Part shown: one piece after another, positions 26,735-37,242 of the stretch
Layout of the letters: each line of letters opens with the position of its first letter
Numbering within the stretch: the stretch's first letter is position 1
From: Schizochytrium sp. TIO01
Taxonomy: Eukaryota; Protista; Bigyra: Labyrinthulomycetes
DNA length: 64,000 nucleotides
Assembly (NCBI GenBank): GCA_004764695.1
Contig: SMSO01000025.1
Span: forward strand, 1,488,001-1,552,000
Reading direction: 5' to 3'
Translations under genes and position numbers: made by a program
Notes under the pieces: generated by a model
Database searches by the model: none
Told to the model about the DNA's origin: nothing
What the model saw: only the letters and a program-made list of their open reading frames with translations

Positions 26735-29700
26735 GAGAGAAGGAAAACGTAGGTAGATAGGTTAAATTACAACAAACCTGTTTATTTTTTATTTTTTATA
26801 ACTATATTAGTGTATTATAAAAGCACCTAAGCATGGTGAAAGACACGGCGCGTGGCGAAAGGCTTCATTAGTAGGTATCTATCTATCTATCTATGTATCT
26901 ATCAATCTATGTGCCAAACTAGTTCAAGCAATAATAATCGTCCTAATGAAACAACAATAACAATCGCAAAGTTCCGAGAGAAAGAAAAGTCAAGAAGAGG
27001 TTTTGTAGGAAGACAAATAAAGCCTGGGGAGGATAGGCCGCTTTAGTCTCCGGGCCTCCATCTTGCAGCCTTTCCCACAGCCCAGGGCTGCGGAGAAAAT
27101 ATCCTTGGAAGGACTGACTTCGTTGCTCCCCTTTGCCGACTAGTCGTTGGCGGCGGACGCAGAAAATCAGAGGGGAGCCACTGGACACAACGCACATGCC
27201 CGTCACAGCCTTCGAGAAGAATCCATAGGAGACGAAGAAAGCTAGACCAAGATGGCTGTGGGGAGGAATGTGCGCGACTTCGGCCTTTCTGAGTTGACGC
27301 TCCTCTTACTGCTGCAGGAAGTAGTCCAGGAGAGTTTTAAGAAGAAGATACAGTATGGTGCTCCGAAATGGATACAGGACTCCCATAAAGCGTCCCTCCG
27401 AGGTCAGGGAGCCAGAGGTAATAGATAATATGGTAATAGAGGTATGTACTTTCCCATCTTCCTCTTTTTTATTTCTGTTTTTAGTTATTTGATTTACAAA
27501 GAGAGGAGGGGGGAAAATCATATACTTATTTTTTAAAAGAAGTAACCAAATGAAATTTATAATTTTTTATGAAAAAAAAATATATATATATACTTTTTAA
27601 AACTTTTAAGAAATGATGTATGTGTTCGCTGTTCGCTGTCTTCGAGTTGACGCAGCATCTTGTTGGTTTTGAAGAACTAATGAAGGGGCAGGTCCTTAGC
27701 GTATAATTCGAAAGGAGCAGCATGGTCTGGTATCGAAGTGGCTAAATTGACGAGAACTCTGGAGCTGCAAGCAACGGTAGTAGTAACGCTTGAATAATGT
27801 GAGATAGTGCTTCAAAAGTGCAGTTTTCTTGAACGTTAGAGCTCGGGCAATGATACTCAATAGAGAATTTGCAAGGGTCTAACACTTTGAGAATTATTGA
27901 AGTCCACGCAATAGAGATTTGTACTCCATTTTCAAGCATACACGTGTAACAATCGAGAATTTTTAATGTATGAGACTTTGATCATTCTATGTTCTGATAA
28001 AGCATTTTCAATTATTTCCGTCATCTTATGCGACTTATATTTGCTAGTCTCATTAATCAGCAAATCTACATGATCATCTTGCTTGCTTTTCAACTCTCCA
28101 AGGAGCCAAACGGTGCCAATTGTTGAATTCTCAACGAATTTCTTCTCCGAGATGTACTGTAAACATCGAACATCGAATAAATTGTAATCGAACTCTCTAA
28201 AACCCATTCGCAGCGCCTATGCATGAGATAAATCGACATTTTAGTACATAAATACACATTACAATTCGAAGCCATTTTCAAAGCAGCTCCAAGATTGTTT
28301 GTATTTTTTTTAGAGCGTATCCTTTTACAATTTCCATATTCACATCCTTGTTGGCATTCCAATGACTTTGACATTCTTTTCGGTTTAATAGCAAGACCAA
28401 GTAGCTATCACGGACGTACCTGGGGAATCAGCTGAAGCGATTGCATTTTTTGGTCCAACCAACTCTGTTTTTGGCCTTTACATTTTGAGGAAGCAGATGA
28501 GGATTTTAGAAAAGGCACAGAACTAGCTCTTATAGAGTTTCCATGCGGCAGTAGCATATCTCACCAAGCGAGGAGGGCGGGAAGTCGATCGTGCTGCCTC
28601 ATAATGTCAGCAACAGCAGCAGTACGGGCACTAGTGCCCAGGCGAGGCTTTCGATTTATCATTATTTCATTTTTTTTCTTCCTCTATAAACATAGGTACT
28701 GTTTGTAACCTGAAGTGAATGAATCCTCCATGTGCGAGACGGTGTTCTTGTGTATGTGGCGCCAGGCGCATGCTACTTGGAGAGCACTTGAATTTAAAAC
28801 ACAAGCGAAATGCACCGAATTTTAATTCGAGATGTCTTATAAAATAAAAAAGTCTAAGCCAAATTCCACGAAAGACTGGAGTACCACTCTTGGAACTGAA
28901 CAGGTCTCTGCTCTCTCCATAAGTTATGCGTGATAGCTTTGAACCATGCGTGCATGATGTAAGCAAGCTCTTCGCTGGCGGCCTTGGCTCTCGGCGTTTT
29001 CTGACGCGAGGTCATTTCTCAGGAGGTGATGGTGCGAAGAGGATCTCTTCAATCCCAAGAGGTTGTAATTTGAGGTTGTAATTTGAGGCGGAAAGTGGAT
29101 GTATAAATGAAATGCGGGGGTTCGCATCAAAATTTCAAGAGCACAGCAAAGATTGCCATGCCATTTTTAGACAGGGAACCAGGTACACTACAGGTATGCA
29201 CGTATGTATTATGCATACCAAGGTGGCTAGCTAGCTGGCTAGCTCCGGCCGCGTTCTCTGCGTTGAGCTGCCGCAGCCATCGGCGGACCGCCAATCTTTC
29301 TCCCAGAACAGCACGCACGCAACATTGGGTTGGATTGCCGCCTGCCCATCAAGCACTCGGAGGGAAGGGAGGAAGGAATGGAAGGAAAGAATGGAAGGAG
29401 GAAACAGAAGGAAGGAAGCAATAGAAGGAGAAACAGCACAGGGGAGAGGGAGGGAAGAAAGAAAACCTTTGCTTACGGCTCATGCGCCCTTTAGATTACA
29501 GATTACTCGCGAGAGGCCATTGCCATCGGTCGATCCTCGCTCGCTCGAGACCTCCACGTCCTCCATACGAATAAGGTCTTTCACCATGCCTCTTTCGGCG
29601 ACTGGAGCCTGCAATCGAGGCTCCTGTCTACTAGTAGGTACCGGGAGCGAACGGCAGGGCCGAATCCGCTTGGGCAGGAAGGCGCAAGCAAGCTCGTCGG

Positions 29701-32700
29701 CGATGTGCATGCTCCAGGCTGGAGAGAAAGAAGTCCACGCACGCACGCACGCACGTACGCTCGCTCGCTTTGAGGATGCGTCATTGCCACGAGCCGTGGT
29801 TTCATTCGCCCATGGCGATGCAAGTTGTGCAATCGTTGTGGCTCCGCGATGGGGCCATTCTTGCCAGCGCACACCTGTCTACAGCTAATAACGGGACTTG
29901 ATGAACTCGTCTCTCCAAATACCACCATCCATATACTCAATAATCTAGAGGGAGATAGATAGGATAGATAGATAGTCTGTCTGTCTGCACGCAGTGCTCA
30001 GTGAACAGCGTTCCGAGTCATAGATAGCGATCAAGAGAAACAAGGTAAGCCAAGCAAGTCACTCGCACAGGGCCAAACAAGTCTCTCCGGGCCATCCGCC
30101 AACCAATTCGGAAGCTGCTCAAGGCATGCTCAGGTTCATGCTCTTCTCTGCTCTTCTGTTTTCGAGCTACCGCAAAGATACAGAGTGAGGGAGGGAGAGG
30201 TAGGGCGCTGCTAGGAGTTCCTAGGGGCCATCACGAAGGTCTTTCACAAAGAAATTGGTTGGTTGGACGAGTGACGAGGTTCTGACTGATAGATTGATGG
30301 ATTGATAGGTTGATCGATTCCCAGCGGTTCTCCTGCCCGCTGCTGACCAGGTGGCAGGGGCAGGGTCTTTCTCTTCTTTTCCTTTCTTCGTAGGCCAGCA
30401 AAGAAAGCAAGCAAGCATCGCTGGAGACCTGCCCTTGTTTCCGTGGATCAGAGCCGCCCATCGCATCGCACTCGCGGTTTCTGGGCCTAACGGGGCTCTC
30501 TTCCTACGAGTAGGCACTGCCTACTGACTACTAGGCTAGGTTATCGCCTAGCTAGCTTGCTACCGAGGCGGGTATCGTCGAAAGCAAGCCTTGAAAGACC
30601 CGCCGTTATAGCTCGCTCGTCGAATTCATTCACTTGCAGCAACTGCATCGGCAGCACGGCCTCCTTCTCTCTACAGCCTCGGCTTTGGAGGAGCTTTGGA
30701 TGACGGTCTGGGATGGCGTCGATGTAGCTGCAACGCAGAAAGCGATCGATTTGATTGGCTGCTTGGCTGCTTGGTTGGTTGTCAGTGTGTGCGTGTTTCA
30801 ACCAACAAGTAGCAGACGTCTGTCTGTCTGTATCTCTCTATCTACCTACAAGTGAGTCTGCATGATGCAAAGAGGGAAGAACTGGAAAGAAAGAAAGAGA
30901 GAAAGAAAGAGAAAAAACTCGCGCATGTTCCATTTTAGTTAGTGCTTTTCTTTTTCTTCTCTCTTTTCACTTGTCGCGTAGTCCACTACTACTGTTTACT
31001 ACATAAGGGTAAATTTTATTTACCTGTTTATGTTTTTCTCATTTTTATTTATATTTATTTTAGAATAAATTAGAAGATTGTTTTTAATTAAAATAATTGA
31101 TCAAACCCCTTACTCGAAGGCAGGCCAGTCCAGTCGCGTGGATGTAATGTTTTTTTGCAGACTAACTAGCTAGATACCCAGCACGACCTAGTCGTTTGCG
31201 CAAGTGAGATAATGGCCAAGAGACATCGAGCGCTCTTTATGGCCAAGACCTTTCCTGATCAAAGGAAAGTCTTGTTATCATTAGCACTTTTCTCCGGTAT
31301 GAGCTAGCCAGAAAAAAATATGTATATCATAAAATGAATACTTTCTTTCATTTAAAAAAATAAATAAATAACTAGTAATAATAAAGTCTAAATGACAAGT
31401 AGGTAGACGCGATTTGTGGGTCTCCAGCCAAAGTGGCTCGGCGCATTTGTGGGTCTCGGAGGAAGGAGGCGTTAGAGGGGACAAGCCTGGAGTGGCTTCA
31501 GCTACAACGGGAATTGCTGCTGCTCTAGCTTCTATTTTGAAAGAATCCAAGACTGTGCTCTGGAGGCCGTCCTCCGAGGCAGTGGTGCTGTGTCGAGAAC
31601 GCCTGAAAGATCCTGCAGAGATGGCCACAGTTCGCGTAGTGGTCAGTCAGCCTAGCTTTCGCTTGGCTTGGCGGTCCAAAAGCTTATAAGACTTCGCCTA
31701 GCTAGCTAGAAACCCACTCCTCCTCGGCGCCAACCTCGATGCTTCGAAGTTTATTGTGAACAATACATGACAAAGCGATTCAAAGTCTGCAGTATCATAT
31801 CGAATGCCCATACGAATCATGTTGAGTGCAGGGTCTTCACGAGTAGTTTTGAGTGTTTTATATCCTGACGGAGCTTTTCAAATGAAACGAGAAGCTTCAG
31901 CAATTGACTTGGCGACAACTCTCACTTTCAATTTGCAAACGTTCGCGAAACGCTGGTCACAAGGTTTTTCCCATCCTGCTGACGGCGTTCGTCTATCGCG
32001 GCTGTTAGCAATGTGAATGTGTTTGGAAAGGGGTGGATTCCACGACAGTGCTCATGGCATGGCAGCAGTCAGTACCTGATTGGCGACGCCCTCTTTTCGA
32101 GCTCACATATGAGGAAACAAGTTCATCGCGATACTCCACACGGGTTTGAGGTTTTTAGTTTTTGGTTTTTGGTTTTTGGTTTTTCTCCTCTCCTTTGTAA
32201 GTTACTAACGTCAACAAGGAAAAATTACCTTGTTATCTTAGTTAGAGGGCTAAACGCCAACTTAGAGATGAGTTGCAATGAAAGGTATGTCCACTAGCAT
32301 GTCTTTCATGTTTTCAAAACGCTTCTGTCTTGAAAATAGTTTTAGTCTTTCTAGCTAGCTAGTGAAATAAAAGAAAAGGAAAACGTTAGTAATAGTGCGG
32401 TCTACTCGTATTATTTTTTTCAATTTTAAAAACATATTAGGAATATTTACTTTGGATGTCTTTCAAACACTTATTTTAAATTATAGAAAAGAAAGCAGGA
32501 ACTACGTTTCCTTTCTTCTTCTTTTCTTCTTCTTTTCTTTTCTATTCTTCTTTTTTTTTTTTTTTAAATTGAAAATTAAATTGAAAAATAAAAGTTCAAC
32601 AAGTTTAGCTTCTTATTACTATTTATCTCGCAGCGATTGGTAGGTATTCTCGCAAATCCACACGCCCAAGCCGTGTGCCAATCAGAAGGAGACAAAATCC

Positions 32701-33177
32701 TTGAAATATGCCCTCATTAAGTGGCTCATACGCTTGGTTGTAGTCACCCTCAAACAGGCTTCATGCCATGGAATGTCGCGAACCTTTTGTAGCTTGCTAC
32801 TGCTGTTGTTGATTCTTCTCAAAGTTCAGATTGTTGCCTGAAGTTTTGAGTAAACGACAGAAAGAATATGGAAAGTTTTAGGAACGGTCTTAAAATTAGG
32901 CAGCGCGCACGGAGGCGGTTGAAATCTTTTATCTCATGCTTCTTCCCCAACGGATACCAACGGATCCTTTTATTTTTGAAAATGCGTTGCGCAGAAATGA
33001 GACTTCTTTCATGACAGGCCAATCGAAGACAACCTTGCTTTGTGGTGCTGCGTGAAGGAATGGGAAGTGGCAGCCCCGGCCATTTCCTCATAATTGTACT
33101 GCCAGCCTCGAGGCTGCCAGTTGTCAATAAACGTTCAATTCAAGCCATTTACCCCTGACAATTCAAAACGGGGCAGT

Positions 33178-35404
33178 ATGTGGATTGACTTAAGACGATG
33201 TCGAAACAAAGACCATCCACCAGCCTTGACGGCTAGGCCTTCGAGGCAGATAACTCAGCTTGTAATGTTTCTTGTGATAATGTCTGCCTCGCTTAACTCC
33301 GCAGAGGCTACGACTAAACTTGTCCCTGGTATACCCGTGAATGCTACCATCGATGTAGACATGGGTTCTGAAATTTTCATCCCTCTACAGGCTGCTGTTC
33401 CACTGCCAGAACCACGCGAAAAGGGCGGTCAGCTAAACTGGCCCATTTACATCTCAAAGGACACATTCGGCAATGAAGGAGTATTTGATGATATTGTTAT
33501 TGATCAGGTTTCTCTAACGCTACGCGGGCCTCTATCATGAGTGGGCAGGAGATTTAAGCATGGTAATATCCCACGGTTCGAATGCTGTTACATTATCCAG
33601 CTATCGGGGTGGACGTCGACGACTCGGAGAACCTGTGGCGCGGGATTATGCACGCTTGTCCAGCGCTCAGTTGAAACGCTCTGACTCAAATGATATTCGT
33701 TTACAAGGCAATGGGTATGAATACAGCTTCGCGGATATTGAAGGCAATAACCTTGCGTCTGGCTGCAATGGAACACAGTCATCTACGATGTCAGGGGATG
33801 ATACAGCCGCCTGGCGAGCAACTGATGGCAATATTGTCTCCTCTGGTGTAGCTACACATACAGAAGTTAACCCTTGGTATCAACTGAACCTCAATGATAC
33901 ATACGATATTTCCACAGTTGTTCTATGGGCACCTGACCCAGAAAACCAGATTAATGAAATTCAAATTGTTAAAAGCGTAGGGCTAGTTACTTTGGGAGGG
34001 TGGTTCCGCCTATCACTGACACACAACGGGTTCACCGAGGTCACTGATATTATTCAGCATAATGCAGTCGCGTCGATTGCCTATGAAGATGACAACTCTG
34101 ATGAATTAGGAACAGGAAATGGCGAGTCAATGCAAGCCAAAATTCAAAACCTCCCTAATGTTGGCCTCGTTTCTGTGACACGTAGTGTTGCAGATCGAAC
34201 AGGTGGATATGAGTGGACAATTACATTTCTTACGGAGCACACAGACCTCGAGGAGCTGCAGGTCGAGACTAACAATCTAACAGCAGGGGCGCTCCGAGAT
34301 CCTGCTGATCAAATTGCCAGTGTTGAAGTCACTACGGTGGTCAATGGCACGCAAAATACCTTCTACAACGCCAACATGCAATATGGCGTAGTTTTGGTTT
34401 CGGATACAGATTTTGGAGATGTAGATCTAGTAACAGCTCGGTCAATGGCCTCATATGTGAAGGACTTTGACATTAGGTATCGACAAAGACAGATTAATGT
34501 ACCCATGCCTACGAATACGCGTGGCAAGTTTGTCCGTATTGGCCTTCGTCAAACATCCTACTTAAGTATCGCGGAGGTTCTTGTGTTTTCGGAGGTCTTG
34601 TATTCCTTCGAAACTTTTAATGGAGGTTCGCCCTATCCTGTAGCTAGCTACGCCCCAGAAACTTCATTCGTAGACACATTTGGTGGAGACGAAATCTACG
34701 GCCAGTGGGTATTATCTATTACAGACTCAGTTCAGAGTTATGTATCATATGAGGAAGTGTCTCGGCGACGTGAGGTATATCATGGTACGGGCGCAATCAG
34801 CGATTGGGTCTTGCATGTGACCCCGCGAAATCGCACAACCGGCGAAGTGCTTAGCGACTCAGTTATGACCTTTCATGTTGATCTATCTGCCACTATATTA
34901 ACATTGCCGAAATATGGTACTTTGTACGAGTCAGAAGCTTACACGCGAGGGGAGCTCATTGAGGCAGTTGTAGGCATGGAAATTTACACTGGTCAGTGTG
35001 CTCCTATTGATTGTGCACATAAATTTGGTGTCGGCAATATTTTGTCCACTGACTCATCTGGTTCTGTTGCAAAGGCGAATAAGATCAGACAATACCGGGG
35101 TGTAATTTATGTACCTCGAGATAATTTCCGAGGCACTGATGATTTTACTTTTAAAATTAACGTTGGCACTGTGTCTGATACACGAGTTGGTAAAATTACT
35201 TTGAATGTTAAAAATTGCCGCATCAATTGTAGCAATGACAAGCTCTTTGGCGTAAGACCATCAATCGACGAGTCCCTGGTGACTCCCTGGGATAATCGCG
35301 TTTCCCCTTCCTACCCCCCAGATAAGGTTTTGCAGCCCGAGACGTACGGTGCAAAACTATGGAATGACCCTTACTGTGACAACCCTCCTTGCAATGTGTT
35401 TTGA
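33178..35404 (+). CDS. Secreted multidomain protein (split proprotein-convertase P-domain, F5/8-type C/F-type lectin-like domain, EVQ-type module, C-terminal Ig/cadherin-like domain); one frame break at ~33526
   Basis: ORFs 33094..33540 and 33560..35404 join if one G is removed from GGG 33526-33528, giving IDQVSLTLRGLYHEWAGDLSMVISH, the P-domain H..GDL motif. ATG at 33178. Signal-like segment LVMFLVIMSASLNSAEA. Later motifs: GQWVLSITD..GAISDWVL, QSST..ATDG..THTEVNPWYQLNL, RGKFVRI..LSIAEVLVF, VIYVPRDNFRGTDDFTF. Confidence 0.8.
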
Positions 35405-36435
35405 TCAGATTTTAAAGTTGCAAATAGAATGAAGTGTATGTTTAATATTATATGGATTCACCGTGGATTGATATGCGGTAAATTGTAGCACAAATATCTT
35501 CCAAAAATTGAAATTATTAGCACTATTGCGTGCCTCAGAGCTTGCTGAAAGATGAATTTGACCAGCTAGAGATTCGCTATGACGACAAAGGCAAAAAGTT
35601 GATGAACGACCTGTGCCGGCGTAAGAAGGAATTATAATCTATAGCTTTAAAGAGTTAGAGATCTTGCGTCTCTAGGGCAGCCTAATTAATGTTCTGATTA
35701 GGGGACTATAGCATTCTCATTTTGTGATCGGCACATTTGATGAGGTTAGGTTGACTCACATCTTTAACCATCAATTAAATTCGACTATTTTTGACTCTAG
35801 GGAAAATGTATGTACACTTTGAATCATAACTTCTAATATCTCATGTAAGTCTACTGGTTCAGATCTATTCTATTCAAGCTCATGAGACCGCATAGAGGGA
35901 TGCCTATAGCTTTAGCAATGTCTTGTCCACTAGTTCTTTCGATTGGAGATCTTTGCAATCAATTCGCTTGGAATCATCTCTTTAAAATAAACAAATAACT
36001 AAAAAAGAAAAACTCATATATCAAAATCATGGTGTTTTTTATTATTATAAATCTGTACATCGCATCGATCTAACAGAGCTCGGCGAAGATATGTAAAGAT
36101 GGCAATCTGGTGGTAATGGAAAACCATACAAGTACTGAATTTGTATCGTCATATTCTAATCCATGAAGGGGTTTACGACGCCAGGGCGAGACGAGATAAT
36201 GCATCGTTGAAGATTAAATCCTAAAATAACGCAGGCGCTTCTGTGGCTCCAAAACACCTTTCGTCTTTATTTTATGTTTTCTTTTGTTTTCTTTTTTCCA
36301 TTTCCCCATTGAGTCAATTTCTATGTTTGGCAAACCATGTTTAGTTTAGGATAAGATAGCCGTAAAAATCAAAGCGTTATCAAAGGCATTGATGGCGGTG
36401 TCATCTTTAGCAGTCAAAGCGAGTAACGCCTACAC

Positions 36436-37242
36436 TCAGCGCATGTATGAGCAGTCGAGGAGCTGTCCATCAAACACAAAGTAACCGCGGCAATCCTGGC
36501 GGTCAAGTACTGCTGGGTACCACACCTCATCGTCAGCAGGCATTGACGCAAATGGAATTTTATCCCGTGGCCACCACTCTAGTCCAGGAGCTGGCTCCTT
36601 TTTCACTTTGGCAACTGCCAAGAACTCAAACTCAAGGATTGGATCGCCATGCAGCTCGAAAAAGTCCATCACTCCATATAGTTGAGGCGGTGTCGTTTCG
36701 TCCAGCTTAATGTTTGGGTCAAAACCTTGCACAATTTTATGAACTGTCTCAGGGGTTGCAGCGTCAAGCGAAGGGACACTCTTAATGAGACCTGTCAGAC
36801 GCCCAGCGAAAGGTCCCTCACGGTGTCTGTGCAACAGAACATGCTCTTGGGTAGGATCAAGAACCAGAGCTTGGACAAGAATCTCTGTATCGTGCTCTTG
36901 AAAGGGCTCGCTCATGGAGATCTCTACGCCCATCTCCATGGCCATTTCAATAATCTCAGGAGATGGCTCCGCAGTACATGTCAGGCAAGTACCTTCTAGA
37001 GATGATTTTGACTCACGCAAGCTGGCTCGAGCCCTCGAGAGAGCTAATGCTGCTAGCGAACTTTGTACCTGCGTCAACTCACCTTCATGCTCGCGGACTC
37101 CGGGTTCACTTCGCGCGATACTAAGAACGCGTTGGGAGGTGCCTCCTACACGAGACACCACAGCTGCTGCTGGCTGCGATGCTTGTTCACGTGCCGAAAT
37201 ACCAGCGGCTTGAGCGGCGAGCTTGCGAACTGCGGTCCTCAT
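36436..37242 (-). CDS. NUDT1/MTH1-like Nudix-fold protein with a degenerate Nudix box and possible mitochondrial presequence
   Basis: 268-aa ATG ORF. VLLHRHREGPFAGRLTG and WWPRDKIPFASMPADDEVWYPAVL..RGYFVFDG align with MTH1-type VLLG.KKRGFGAG.WNG and WF....IPF..MW.DD..W.P..L....GYF.F.G. The N-terminus is rich in Arg/Ala/Ser. Confidence 0.7.
   Translation of the reverse strand: MRTAVRKLAAQAAGISAREQASQPAAAVVSRVGGTSQRVLSIARSEPGVREHEGELTQVQSSLAALALSRARASLRESKSSLEGTCLTCTAEPSPEIIEMAMEMGVEISMSEPFQEHDTEILVQALVLDPTQEHVLLHRHREGPFAGRLTGLIKSVPSLDAATPETVHKIVQGFDPNIKLDETTPPQLYGVMDFFELHGDPILEFEFLAVAKVKKEPAPGLEWWPRDKIPFASMPADDEVWYPAVLDRQDCRGYFVFDGQLLDCSYMR

Noticed and set aside
22800-32800. Short ORFs in the long spacer
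   Set aside because: They are low-complexity or microsatellite-derived, mostly with non-ATG starts, and show no recognisable motifs.
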